A DNA stretch of 63,935 bases, counting the filler, from an uncultured bacterium (GTDB lineage Bacteria > Hinthialibacterota > Hinthialibacteria > Hinthialibacterales > Hinthialibacteraceae), in NCBI GenBank assembly GCA_964449065.1. It is 3 parts of 3 records of this genome, joined end to end, with 100 filler letters (N's around TTAATTAATTAA, not from the genome) between each part and the next. Parts side by side here need not be neighbours in the genome. Positions count along the whole stretch, not along the records: positions 1 to 22,274 come from CAYVAZ010000040.1; positions 22,375 to 44,587 come from CAYVAZ010000041.1; 1 more part is not named here. The stretch is one strand, 5' to 3'. Positions 19,181 to 29,081 of the stretch are shown in pieces (the first letter of the stretch is position 1; the number at the start of each line of letters is the position of its first letter). The notes below the pieces were generated by a model. It was not told the DNA's origin. It ran no database searches and saw only the letters and a program-made list of their open reading frames with translations. The position numbers were made by a program, and so were the translations under genes.

Positions 19181-21610
19181 ATGTTGAACCTTCATTTTAC
19201 TGCGTGTATTTTCACCTTCTCCCTTGCCGCGCAATTATCATGTGTCTATGCGCTGGACGCGGAGATTGAATCCAACATGGCCGATGCCGTTGTTCAATCC
19301 GAAGTGCCGTCTATTGAGATTGAAACGTTTAAACAGGAAGTCAGCCGGTTTTACACTACAGGTGAGAAATTGCCATCGAATGAAATATTCGGGGTGAGTG
19401 TTTTCGGTGACGGAAACCTGTATGCCGGAACCTCTCGGGGTTTGGCTTTATACCGGGATGATGTGGATAGTTGGCGGCCTATTCGGGATTTTCCGAAAAC
19501 CAACGTAACGGCTTTAACGCGGGGGAAAAATACGTTTTATGCGGCCGTAAACGGCATGATTTGGACGTCTCCATCCTCAAACGGAGAGAACATTCCTCTC
19601 CCAAAAGGGTTGGAAGTTAACGCGCTTGCTGTTGTGGATGACGTGCTGTATCTCGCCACCACGGAGGGATTGTTTTCTGTTGAGAATCATCAACTGCACC
19701 GCGATCCGCTCTTGTTTCAAATGCTGGATATGCGGGTGAAGGTGAATGATGTTGCCGCCGGGCCGAATGGAACCATTGCGGTTGCGGCGGAAGCCGGGGT
19801 ATTCATTAAAAAGCCGTTTCAAGCGTGGGAAGCACTTTATCCCCGTGATGATTCCGGCAGAAGTTGGGCTCCGCAAGCAGTGCAGGCGGTTGGATTTCAA
19901 CCCAATGGCGCGTTGTGGTTTGCGAGTCCGCAGGGTGTGGGGGTAAGAGATAGCAACGGGCAATGGACGCTGTTTGAAGGCAAAGACGGTTTGCCCTTTA
20001 GCGACTTCACCTGCATCAATACCTCGCGGGATGATGAAGTATGGTTTGGCACAACAATAGGGGCGATTCGTTTGGATACCGGTACCGCGTCCGGTGAGTA
20101 TGAATGGCATTACCGCCAGGGCAAGCGCTGGCTGCCGGGGGATCATGTGTATGACATTGCCGTTACCGAAAAGGAAACGTGGTTTGCCACCAACAACGGT
20201 GTTGGTGTGATTGAATACAAAGCGATGACGCTGGCGGAAAAAGCGGCGCATTATGAACAGCAGATAGAAGAGTACATCAAGCGTACCAAGTTCGGGTATG
20301 TATCCGAAGTGGGATTGAAAAATCCGGAAGACTTTAGTGAGATTCTTTATCATGACAGCGATAACGATGGGCTTTGGACATCGATGTACGGAGCCGGGGA
20401 ATGCTTTGCGTACGCGGCTTTGAAAGATGAAAATGCCAAGAAGCGGGCGAAAGAAGCCTTTGAAGCATTGCGGTTTTTGCGGACAGTCACCCAAGGCGGT
20501 GAGGTTGAGCATCAACCCGGATTTGTTGCACGGACTGTTGTCCCAACTTCCGAGCCGGATCCGAACAAACGCTTTGGCCATACGGTGGAGGGACAGAAGC
20601 AAAAGCAGCAAGAAGACAAACTGTGGAAGGTCATTACCCCGCGGTATGTGTTGAATGAAGAAGAGGGCTATTGGTATAAGATCGATACCAGTTCGGATGA
20701 GCTGGACGGCCACTATTTCTTTTATGGGCTTTATTACGATTTGGTCGCGGAAACGGAAGAAGAAAAGGCGCGCGTGCGCGAGCATGTGCAAGCGGTTACC
20801 GACCACATGCTGCGCAACGATTTTGTGCTGATCGACCATGACGGCGAACCAACCCGCTGGGCGATGTTTCGTCCCTCTGTGCTGAACCGCGATTTTAACT
20901 GGTATGTGGAACGGGGGCTGAATTCACTCAGTATGCTTTCTTACCTTGCTGTTACGGAGCATATAACCGGGGATCCAAAATACGGAGAGATCGCCAAGCA
21001 GTTGCAGGAAGAACATTATTATGATATCAATTCGATGATCGCCAAGGTGCAATGGGGGCCCGGTTCGGGCAATCAGTCAGATGATGAAATGGCGTTTATG
21101 AACTATTACAACCTCATCAAGTACAGCAATGATGACGAACTGCGCAATGAAATTCGTTACTCATTGTTCAACTATTGGGCGATTGAGTATCCGGAAATGA
21201 ACCCGCTGTTTAACTTTATTTATGCGGCATGCTGTTATGGGGAAACCTATACCGACCCGTGGGGAACGTACGATATCTCGCCGTGGGAAGGATGGCTGGA
21301 GGATTCGGTGGATACGCTAACCGGGTTTTCGCTTGACCGGCGCAATTGGGCGCATCAAAACAGCCACCGCATTGATTTGGTTCCCTTGCCCCGGCATTCG
21401 ATTGCGCGCTATCCCAATGAGCAGCCCGGACGGTTGCGGGCACACCGCATCAATGGGAAAGTAATTCCGGTGGAAAACAGGCATTTCAACCATTGGAGCA
21501 CCGATGCGTGGGTGATAGATTATGGAGGAAACGGCACCGGCCTTGCCAGCGGGCAGGTGTATTTGCTTCCCTATTACATGGGCAAGTATTATGGATTTAT
21601 TGAAGAGTAA
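19181..21610 (+). CDS. secreted protein: regulator-propeller repeats plus (alpha/alpha)-barrel domain
   Basis: Signal peptide; GLP/WFGT/WFAT repeats; DSDNDGLWT, TSSDELDGHYF. Confidence 0.75.
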   Translation: MLNLHFTACIFTFSLAAQLSCVYALDAEIESNMADAVVQSEVPSIEIETFKQEVSRFYTTGEKLPSNEIFGVSVFGDGNLYAGTSRGLALYRDDVDSWRPIRDFPKTNVTALTRGKNTFYAAVNGMIWTSPSSNGENIPLPKGLEVNALAVVDDVLYLATTEGLFSVENHQLHRDPLLFQMLDMRVKVNDVAAGPNGTIAVAAEAGVFIKKPFQAWEALYPRDDSGRSWAPQAVQAVGFQPNGALWFASPQGVGVRDSNGQWTLFEGKDGLPFSDFTCINTSRDDEVWFGTTIGAIRLDTGTASGEYEWHYRQGKRWLPGDHVYDIAVTEKETWFATNNGVGVIEYKAMTLAEKAAHYEQQIEEYIKRTKFGYVSEVGLKNPEDFSEILYHDSDNDGLWTSMYGAGECFAYAALKDENAKKRAKEAFEALRFLRTVTQGGEVEHQPGFVARTVVPTSEPDPNKRFGHTVEGQKQKQQEDKLWKVITPRYVLNEEEGYWYKIDTSSDELDGHYFFYGLYYDLVAETEEEKARVREHVQAVTDHMLRNDFVLIDHDGEPTRWAMFRPSVLNRDFNWYVERGLNSLSMLSYLAVTEHITGDPKYGEIAKQLQEEHYYDINSMIAKVQWGPGSGNQSDDEMAFMNYYNLIKYSNDDELRNEIRYSLFNYWAIEYPEMNPLFNFIYAACCYGETYTDPWGTYDISPWEGWLEDSVDTLTGFSLDRRNWAHQNSHRIDLVPLPRHSIARYPNEQPGRLRAHRINGKVIPVENRHFNHWSTDAWVIDYGGNGTGLASGQVYLLPYYMGKYYGFIEE

Positions 21611-21619
21611 GGAGGATGT

Positions 21620-22189
21620 ATGAACGGATTTGATCCAGCGAAATATGGTGAAGAAATCGCAAAATTGATCCCTGAGGAAAGGCCAAACAGTTTGGGGCCC
21701 GGCACCCCCAATCAATCGATAAAACCACTGCTTGAGGCAGCCAGTGTGGATCAATTATTCAAACACACCTCCATCAAAGATCAGGATATGGCGAAGGCCT
21801 GCCTATCCGGCTTATGGCTGTATCATGATTATTTGGATGAATCGCACACCATCAGCCAATCGATCCATAATCCGACCGGCAGTTTTTGGCACGGCATTAT
21901 GCACCGGCGTGAGCCGGATTACGGCAATTCGGGCTACTGGTTTCGGAAGGTAGGGAATCACCCCGCTTTTGACGCGCTATGCGCGGAGGCTTCGAAACTC
22001 GCTCAGTCGATGGAGACTACACCGGACAGCAAATTTTTAGCCGGACAATCCACTTGGGATCCATTCCAATTTATTCAACTCTGTGAGAAATCATACCAAA
22101 CCGGAACCGCGGATGAACGCTTATGCGAAGCGGTTCAATTGAAGGAGTGGCAAATTTTATTTGATTACAGTTATACCCATGCGGTTTAG
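21620..22189 (+). CDS. conserved hypothetical protein
   Basis: AAGGAGG RBS; LDESHTISQ, WHGIMHRREPDYGNSGYWF. Confidence 0.8.
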   Translation: MNGFDPAKYGEEIAKLIPEERPNSLGPGTPNQSIKPLLEAASVDQLFKHTSIKDQDMAKACLSGLWLYHDYLDESHTISQSIHNPTGSFWHGIMHRREPDYGNSGYWFRKVGNHPAFDALCAEASKLAQSMETTPDSKFLAGQSTWDPFQFIQLCEKSYQTGTADERLCEAVQLKEWQILFDYSYTHAV

Positions 22190-22213
22190 CACAAGCAGCG
22201 AATTCAGTGAAAG

Positions 22214-22274
22214 GTAATCGGTCAGCCGCTTGAAGAGAAATTTCCCCTCCCAAAGGTGGGAGGGGTTAGGGGAG
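22214..22274. mobile_element. end of a GTAA..GGTCAGC MITE with CCCCTCCC palindrome, runs into the gap
   Basis: Reverse-complement match to about 44234-44294. Confidence 0.75.
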
Positions 22275-22374
22275 NNNNNNNNNNNNNNNNNNNNNNNNNN
22301 NNNNNNNNNNNNNNNNNNTTAATTAATTAANNNNNNNNNNNNNNNNNNNNNNNNNNNNNNNNNNNNNNNNNNNN
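22275..22374. other. artificial contig linker
   Basis: Ns around TTAATTAATTAA (stops in all frames). Confidence 0.99.
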
Positions 22375-22724
22375 TTTGGTGATTATTTTTCAACTGCTCC
22401 GCATTTCATAATTCTATTATATTCAAAAAATTATGGCATACTTTTCAATATCAACTGCTTTTTTTAGGTTGAATCATACCAATCTGCAAAAAGAATGTTG
22501 TTAGAGCGGTTCAGGTTTGCGTAGATAGAAAGAGATCGTCTTTGATTCTCCCTACAAGAAACAAGGTTCGTCAAAGTTGAAATCACCAACCAATTAACCC
22601 CTACCCAGCCTCCCCCATTCCATTGGGGGAAGAGTATTGTTTCATCATCATTTATTTGAACTCGTATTATTTTTTTGAAAAGGTATTACGTGAAAGATCC
22701 CTCATTTTTATAGGCACTTGGTAT
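22375..22724. repeat. composite repeat cluster
   Basis: 22375-22468 matches 28457-28549. ATACC...GGTAT element 22476-22724 contains a TAGAGC end (22502) and a CCTCCCCC..GGGGGA palindrome; its right end matches about 321-356. Confidence 0.75.
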
Positions 22725-22776
22725 AAGAGCAGCCATGGCAAGGGAGGAAACGCTACTCAAGGTTCGTCCCAAAAAC

Positions 22777-24228
22777 TCAAGTGCGGATCATATCGACTTG
22801 AGTTGGATCACGGTCGGCGGGGCCGAGTTTTTGTTTGGCTCCCATGCCGGTGAGGATGGAGTTGTAAACATCGATGCCTTCGTGCCCGACATCAATGATG
22901 CTGCCGGTTTTAAAGCGTCCGTTTGCCCCGGTCATCGCGTGGAACACCCCGGAGAGTTCGCGCTTGGAATCGTTATGGCGGCCGTCACCGGATTCGGTGG
23001 AGATGGTAATGAGCGCGTTTTCAAGAATGGTTTTGCCATTGCTCTCAACTGCGTCTTTATCATCCAGGCGGTGGAGAAAATGAGCGACTTCGCGCATCTT
23101 CATGTGGGCGTGGGCACGGAGTTGTTCGTTGCGCTTTTTGGGATTGAACTTGTGCCACCACTCGTGACTGCAACCTTTGGAGCCGGTGGCGTTGAGCTGC
23201 GCGGCATCGTCAAACGTGAATATTTTTTTGCCATTGTACTCATAGTCTCCGGTTAAGCGGATGCGCTCGCCTGCCGCCAGGAAGGTTAACGCGCCGAAAC
23301 GAACGCGGTCCATTTTGATCGCGAGAGCATAGAGGTCTGCCATGAGGCGCCATTCGTCAACGAGTTCTTTCAGGGTAATGTCAATGCCTTCACCGCCCGG
23401 GTCGGCTTCGCCGCCATGTTCGATAACAGAGTACGGGGGCAGTTCGGGCGCGTCGGGGTGTTTTGCTTTCATTTCATAGGCACGCTGTTCGAATTCGCGG
23501 ATGCGGTCGAGGTGTTCGGAAACACGGGCTTTGGATGCGGTTCCCAGCGGTGAGTAGGCTCCGGTGTAGAAGCGGTATTGGTTCACAACGGAATCGAGCA
23601 CACTGCGTTTGAGGCGCACGTTTTCTTCGCTAACCCCATCGGGAACGGCAAGCGAACCGAATACACGGTCAAAGAGATCGCGGGGTCTTTCCTGCATGGT
23701 GGCGGCAACGGTGCCATCAATATTGTAACTGTGAACATAACGGCTGATGCGGCTGCGGCGGAAGAAGGTGCCGCCGACAAGAGTGGGTACCATGCCGGGG
23801 GGAAGGCCATCCGGGTAATGGGTTTGGCGGACCACTTGATCGATGGAAGGGCCGCCGGACTTGGCTTCTCCGTCAGGCGGCTCGGCGGTGAAGGCTCCAG
23901 ACGCGCCGTCGAAGTGGGCGTTGATGCCTTTTTCATCGCAGCGGATTTGGTCGATATTGCGCATGATCAACAGCTTATGGCTAAGCGGTTTGAGCGGTTC
24001 CAGCACGCCTTCAAAGCCTTCGGTTTGCAAGGGAGCGGGAATGCCGAGGCCAAAGAATATATTGAATGCTCTTACCGGTACATCGCCTTGCGAGGCAGCC
24101 GCGGCGGCGGCATTCGTGATTCGCATTTCTTCCAGGAGGGGCAAACCGATTGCGATTCCTCCAAGGCCTTTCAGCAGGGTTCTGCGGTTGAGCGCGGGTT
24201 GTTTTTTGATGAGATGGATGTTTTTCAT
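22777..24228 (-). CDS. DUF1552 family protein
   Basis: LNRRTLLKGLGGIAIGLPLLEEM, SIDQ, PRDLFDRVFG, SVLD, HLDRIREFE. Confidence 0.9.
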   Translation of the reverse strand: MKNIHLIKKQPALNRRTLLKGLGGIAIGLPLLEEMRITNAAAAAASQGDVPVRAFNIFFGLGIPAPLQTEGFEGVLEPLKPLSHKLLIMRNIDQIRCDEKGINAHFDGASGAFTAEPPDGEAKSGGPSIDQVVRQTHYPDGLPPGMVPTLVGGTFFRRSRISRYVHSYNIDGTVAATMQERPRDLFDRVFGSLAVPDGVSEENVRLKRSVLDSVVNQYRFYTGAYSPLGTASKARVSEHLDRIREFEQRAYEMKAKHPDAPELPPYSVIEHGGEADPGGEGIDITLKELVDEWRLMADLYALAIKMDRVRFGALTFLAAGERIRLTGDYEYNGKKIFTFDDAAQLNATGSKGCSHEWWHKFNPKKRNEQLRAHAHMKMREVAHFLHRLDDKDAVESNGKTILENALITISTESGDGRHNDSKRELSGVFHAMTGANGRFKTGSIIDVGHEGIDVYNSILTGMGAKQKLGPADRDPTQVDMIRT

Positions 24229-24378
24229 ATTTTCACTCCCGAATTTCATTATTTTTTCGAACGTTCTCTGGGTCGTTGCCTCAGGTTATGTTTGGTAAGC
24301 TGATGGAAATCAGCCAATTCCTATATGTAAAATGGGGATTGATTCACCAGTTGGAAGCCGATGCACCCCCCCTGATAA

Positions 24379-24513
24379 CAATATCATTGACTTAGCACTC
24401 TTCAACGTATTTGTTTTTGTAATACGGGGTCACAACTCCTTCTGTGTCTCCCCAAACTTGGGGGGAGAAAAGGCGTTGCTTTTTCAGGCTAAATCCTTAA
24501 ATCAATGACATTG
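24379..24513. mobile_element. MITE-like element with CAATRTCATTGA ends (IS4-like)
   Basis: TIR CAATATCATTGACTTA / TAAATCAATGACATTG; flanks CCCCCTGATAA and CCCCCTATAA resemble a target duplication; TCTCC..GGAGA palindrome inside. Confidence 0.7.
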
Positions 24514-24540
24514 CCCCCTATAAAGCCTGTGTTTTATACC

Positions 24541-27189
24541 TTAATTGTATGCCTCCGTTTTGATTTTTTGGACGAGATCACTCATGACGATGGCGGTGAT
24601 GGTATCGATGTAGGTGCCGCCTTGGTCTTGGGCGGTTTGGTGCACTTCTTTTAGGATGGGGGTATCTTCATTGCTTAAGGGGCGCCCTAAGGAAAATTGC
24701 GCGAGTTTCCAGGTAATGGTTTCCGCTACGCGGCCGCTGCCTGCGAGGATACGCATGAGTTCTTCGGCGGTGTCATACTCCACGACGTCTCCACTAGCGG
24801 GGAAGACGACTTCACCGTCATCACGGAGTTCGTTGCCGTGTTCGTCGGCTTCATGATATGTACCGAGACCGTCGAATTTTTCGAGTCCGAACGCGAGTGG
24901 TTCAAACTTGCTGTGGCAGCCGCCGCATTGCGGGTTGGCGATGCGCTGTTCGGCAATGCCGCGGTTGGTCAGTCCCGGTTTGGTGGGGACGGGTGTGGTA
25001 TCCACGCAAGGGGGCGGATCGCTGACGGAACCACGAAGAAGATCATGTAAAACAAACAGGCCGCGGGTGACCATCGAGGCTTCATCTCCTCCGACGGTGA
25101 GGATGCTGCCTTGCGTGAGTAATCCTCCACGAGAAGGAACAGGTTTAAGATCATAACGAGTGAGACCGTCTTGTTTGGGTTCCATACCGTAGTGCTCGGC
25201 CAAGCGGGCGGTTACATAAGTCACTTGAGCGTCGAGCAGGTCGGTGAGAGGACGGTTTTGTTTCCAAACGATATCGGTGAAGAAGGCGATGGTTTCATCA
25301 CGCATGTCATCCGCTATTTCCGGTTTCCACTCGGGAAATTTGTCTTTGTTGGGGCGTAGATTTTCCAAGCGGTTTAGGTTCAGCCACTCGGCGATGAATT
25401 GTTGGGACCGTTTGACGGTGCGCCGGTCGTACATCATGCGGTTGACTTGGGCTTTGACCCCTTCGCGGGTGTAGAGTTCGCCTGCTTCGGCGGCGCGCAT
25501 GAGTTCGTCATCGGGCGGCGCTCCCCAAAGGATGTAACTGAGGCGGGAGGCGAGTTCATATTCACCGATAGGCCAAAGACCACCGTCACCGCGCTGGTTT
25601 TCAATACGGTAGATGAAGCGAGGGGATTGCAGCATGGCTTCAAGAACGAAGCGAACCGCGTCTTTGAAATCTTTGCCCGCGCTGGCCGCGGTCGTAGAGA
25701 TGCCGCGGTAGATGTTGATTTCGTATTCTTCAAGCGGACCGCGCAAGAGAAATTTTCCCATTTTGGCGATGAGGCCGCGCATATTGTCATCGGTGAGACG
25801 TTTGCTGTTGGAGTATGTTGACGCAAATTCGATGACATCCATTTTGCTGACAATAATTTCGGCCAACTTGGAATAGGCTTCAACGTGTTTGAGATCGATG
25901 TTGAGGTTATAGGCGGTATTGCTGAAGCCGTCCGCGCGGAGGTCTTTAGGGAGAAGTTCGTGTGCTTCTTTCGCTATATCGACGCCGACGAGACTGCGAA
26001 CCGCTTCAATGTATTCGGGTACGGTGAGCCGCTGAATCCAGATATCTTGAGTGGAAGAACCGTGCGCGAGTGTGGCGGGTTCGAGGGTTTCCATCGTCCA
26101 TTCGGCGCCGTTGGCGATCCATTCTTTAATCGCGTTTTTTTCTTGTTTGGGTAAGGGGGTGCGGCCAAGCGGCATAACGCCTTGATCGACCATCGTCCAA
26201 AACATGCTTTCTTGCGGCTTGCCGGGAACGATGGGGGAGCCGTTGTTTCCTCCCGTGAAAGCCATCGTTTTGGTGGATAAATCAAGCCCGCCTTTTTTGG
26301 TGGAAGCGTCGTGACATTCGATACAGCGGGCCATGATGATGGGGGCGATTTCGGTTTCGAACGGATGTGTGCTGAAGTCACTTCCACTTGCCAATTGCTC
26401 GTATTCGATTTTGGGATTGTGGCCCGCGTTGAAGTGTGCTTCTACTTCGTTGGGCAATAGATCGCGATTGTAGATGGCGATGAGGTAATAGGTTCCTAAC
26501 CAAGGGCGGCCTTTACCGATTTCGTTGGCGAGGGCGAGTGTGTGGGAAGCATCCCAATTCATGGTGCTGCCGGAGATGGTGTCTTCTTCAACCAAGTTGC
26601 CATTAATATAGAGTCGAGCGCGGCCATCACGGTCGCGGGTGTAAACGACGTGAGTGAGTTCGGTTGAGAAAGGTTCATCATCCGAATGGATTGAAGGGAT
26701 GCCGTTGCCGCTGGTCGCGGTGGTGCGCAAGCGGAAATCGTATTGATCGCCATCCTGGCCGAGGGTGAAGTTGCGCTGGCTGCTGTTTTTGGAAAAGGTG
26801 ACGATCCGTGCGGGGCCTTCGAGTGTGGTGAAGGCGGGGCGTATCCATGCTTCGATCGTTATTTCGCCAGTCCATTGTACAGATTTGATGATTTTTGTGG
26901 GGGGGGCTTCTGAGCGGATGAGGGTTTCTCCGCGGACTTCGAGAGAACCTTTGGTGCGGTGGACCTGATCTTCGTCTTCGATTATGAGATCAAGCGGCTG
27001 GCCGATTTCAGAACGGTCTTTGACGATATCTCCATCGCCGCTGCTGAAATCATATAGCGCTTGCAGGCCGGTGCGGGTTCGGGCGGGTTCTTCATTTGCC
27101 GCAGATGTATTGGCCAAAAGAAATAGAGGCAAGCAAATCGAAACCAAAAGAAAAAAACAAAACAACAAATAATGACGATTCAATATCAT
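24541..27189 (-). CDS. LamG + cytochrome c + DUF1587/1595/1592/1588/1585 protein
   Basis: TIEAWIRP LamG, CIECH and CGGCH heme motifs, RLTVPEY, YELASRLSYILW..PPD, RGGLLTQG, LEKFDGLG. Confidence 0.9.
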   Translation of the reverse strand: MILNRHYLLFCFFLLVSICLPLFLLANTSAANEEPARTRTGLQALYDFSSGDGDIVKDRSEIGQPLDLIIEDEDQVHRTKGSLEVRGETLIRSEAPPTKIIKSVQWTGEITIEAWIRPAFTTLEGPARIVTFSKNSSQRNFTLGQDGDQYDFRLRTTATSGNGIPSIHSDDEPFSTELTHVVYTRDRDGRARLYINGNLVEEDTISGSTMNWDASHTLALANEIGKGRPWLGTYYLIAIYNRDLLPNEVEAHFNAGHNPKIEYEQLASGSDFSTHPFETEIAPIIMARCIECHDASTKKGGLDLSTKTMAFTGGNNGSPIVPGKPQESMFWTMVDQGVMPLGRTPLPKQEKNAIKEWIANGAEWTMETLEPATLAHGSSTQDIWIQRLTVPEYIEAVRSLVGVDIAKEAHELLPKDLRADGFSNTAYNLNIDLKHVEAYSKLAEIIVSKMDVIEFASTYSNSKRLTDDNMRGLIAKMGKFLLRGPLEEYEINIYRGISTTAASAGKDFKDAVRFVLEAMLQSPRFIYRIENQRGDGGLWPIGEYELASRLSYILWGAPPDDELMRAAEAGELYTREGVKAQVNRMMYDRRTVKRSQQFIAEWLNLNRLENLRPNKDKFPEWKPEIADDMRDETIAFFTDIVWKQNRPLTDLLDAQVTYVTARLAEHYGMEPKQDGLTRYDLKPVPSRGGLLTQGSILTVGGDEASMVTRGLFVLHDLLRGSVSDPPPCVDTTPVPTKPGLTNRGIAEQRIANPQCGGCHSKFEPLAFGLEKFDGLGTYHEADEHGNELRDDGEVVFPASGDVVEYDTAEELMRILAGSGRVAETITWKLAQFSLGRPLSNEDTPILKEVHQTAQDQGGTYIDTITAIVMSDLVQKIKTEAYN

Positions 27190-27315
27190 ACCAATTCCTC
27201 AAACTAAAATATTGATCTGTTTTAAAATTATGCACTGAATAGCACAAAAAATCAATAGAACGATTGGAACCACCTAACGATTATATGTGGGTGATTCCCA
27301 ACATGATATTTTAAC

Positions 27316-27423
27316 TACTAAAGCGTCAACGATTTATTGACGGGTATCGATCCCCCCTAGCCCTCTGAAAAAGGGGGAAACAGCGGATAGCCAGCCGCCA
27401 TTTTTTGTTTGACACTATACTTA
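27316..27423. mobile_element. MITE-like element with GTCAAC...TTGACAC ends
   Basis: Matches 37364-37473 and 44487-44587 along its length. Confidence 0.8.
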
Positions 27424-27529
27424 AATCTTAAAAACGTTGTTCAAGGAAAAACGTTCCTTAATTGGTGAAAATTTAGAGGAATTATTGTGAAATCGAAGAA
27501 AACTTTTCCATTATACGATATGGGTATTT

Positions 27530-27632
27530 ATACCAATTCTGTTTAGGATTGTAGAGTAAGAAAACCGCTAAGCCGTTCTTTCGCTGATGCTTATCGCCGC
27601 GATAACGTTACAGTCCAAATTGCAAATGGTAT
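27530..27632. mobile_element. 103-bp ATACC...GGTAT MITE-like element (copy 2)
   Basis: See 3770-3872. Confidence 0.8.
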
Positions 27633-27703
27633 GATCTTGAAAAAAATAGCGGTTTTTTCACAATAAAGATAAATTGAATCGGTACAATTAAGATTTTCCT
27701 GTT

Positions 27704-27735
27704 AAAATGGCGAAGCCTGAAAGACTTCGCCATTT
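27704..27735 (-). terminator. intrinsic terminator hairpin
   Basis: AAAATGGCGAAG...CTTCGCCATTTT after the 27772-28185 gene. Confidence 0.8.
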
Positions 27736-27771
27736 TGTTTTGTAGACAGGATTGATTGTGGATGGGATAGA

Positions 27772-28185
27772 TTATTGTGCTGCCGCAACTTTGGTTTGAG
27801 AGGTATCAGATGTATCCGCTGAATTAGTTGTTTTTTCGAATGAACAGGCAGCTTGTGCTACTTGTGCATCCATCGTTGCACAGCAGGAGCCAGCCGTTTC
27901 TTCTTTCGCGGCCACGGTTTGAGCGGTTACACCACATGCAGCGGCTTTTTCTAGTGAACAGGCTTCGGTGTCGGCTACAGCAGTTTGAATAGCCTTGGCT
28001 TCAGCCTCTGATGAACAGCAGCTTCCACCCAATACCGCGGCCTTGGTGGAAGCGGTACAGTCAACTGAAGGCGCATTGGTCAATTGAGATGACGTTAAAA
28101 CGTTGTAGGACACAGCAAAACTAGATATTGCAACTAAACCAAGAAGTAATGCAAGATAAACCGGTTTTTTCTTTAAGAATGTCAT
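27772..28185 (-). CDS. Cys/Ala-rich exported or membrane-anchored small protein
   Basis: GGAAGG RBS, N-terminal hydrophobic helix, two GSCC...ACS[LF]EK repeats, 8 Cys. Confidence 0.75.
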   Translation of the reverse strand: MTFLKKKPVYLALLLGLVAISSFAVSYNVLTSSQLTNAPSVDCTASTKAAVLGGSCCSSEAEAKAIQTAVADTEACSLEKAAACGVTAQTVAAKEETAGSCCATMDAQVAQAACSFEKTTNSADTSDTSQTKVAAAQ

Positions 28186-28372
28186 GAAATGAATCCTTCC
28201 TAAGTGAGTAAATTTTGTTCTCTCATGGATTATACATAAAGTTATATATCAGGTCAAGAAAAATATTGTTTTTTTGCTGAAATAGCAAAAACCGTTTATC
28301 AACACTGCAATGACAGAGAGTGAATAACAGCGTGGGTATTTCCATTTGTTAGGGTTTCATACTGATTTTATT

Positions 28373-28551
28373 ATCCTAAAAACAGTGATTCGTGACAAGT
28401 GACGAGTGATAAGTCCAACGAATTCAAGAAATTCTACGATTGACCGCTCTCACCCTTTTGGTGATTATTTTTCAACTGCTCCGCATTTCATAATTATATT
28501 ATATAAAAAGTTATGGCATGCTTTTCAATAACAACTGCTTTTTTTTAGGAT
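28373..28551. mobile_element. MITE-like element with ATCCTAAAAA...TTTTTAGGAT ends
   Basis: Inverted ends; heptamer (GTGACAA-like) cargo; left end recurs at about 63636 and right half at 22375-22468. Confidence 0.7.
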
Positions 28552-28580
28552 TATGGATTATCAGGTAGGAAAGCGTGCTG

Positions 28581-28790
28581 CTGGCTCGGCGGGAGTTTCG
28601 CCCTCCTGGGGTGTGTATTCATATACCGGCTGGGAGCTGGTGCTACCTGGTTGTTATCATACGCGGACGCAGCCCCCTCTGTCCTCCTGACGTCGGACAT
28701 CTCCCCCAAATGCTTTGGGGGAGACAATGTGTTGTTTTTCAGGTTGATTTCCCTTAGTCTATAGTATTTTGCTAGGGGGGGGGATCGATA
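28581..28790. repeat. cluster of four REP-like palindromes
   Basis: GGCTCGGCGGGAG..TCGCCCTCC (also near 63720); CCGGCTGGGAGCTGGTGCTACC; 28672-28724 CCCCCTCTGTCCTCC..GGACATCTCCCCCAAATGCTTTGGGGGAGA (also 33013-33065, 43313-43364); GCTAGGGGG..GATCG. Confidence 0.8.
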
Positions 28791-29081
28791 GGCTGCCAAT
28801 GCACTTCAATCTTATTGCTTCTGTGGAACAATCTCTTTTTTATTGAGAGAGATGATATGCACCCTTTTTGGCTCAATCACTTTGCGAATGTGGGTTTGAC
28901 TCTAAAATGATTTATTTCATAATTTGATTGACAATTTTCATGGTTTGTAACTATAATTAAATCGAATTCACAAACAAATTATTGTTCTTGTAATTCTCAA
29001 GAAATTAACTAGAATGTATTCAATCATTTTGGGATAGTAAAAATTTTTTTTTAATTCAAAGACTTGGGATATTTTATCGTC

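Noticed and set aside
19577..20839. Long antisense ORF (likewise 33574-34428, 23578-24303, 5707-6441, 18182-18787)
   Set aside because: Shadows of real genes on the opposite strand; no motifs.
22275..22374. TTAATTAATTAA motif (also 44588-44687)
   Set aside because: Artificial linker; adjacency across it is unproven.
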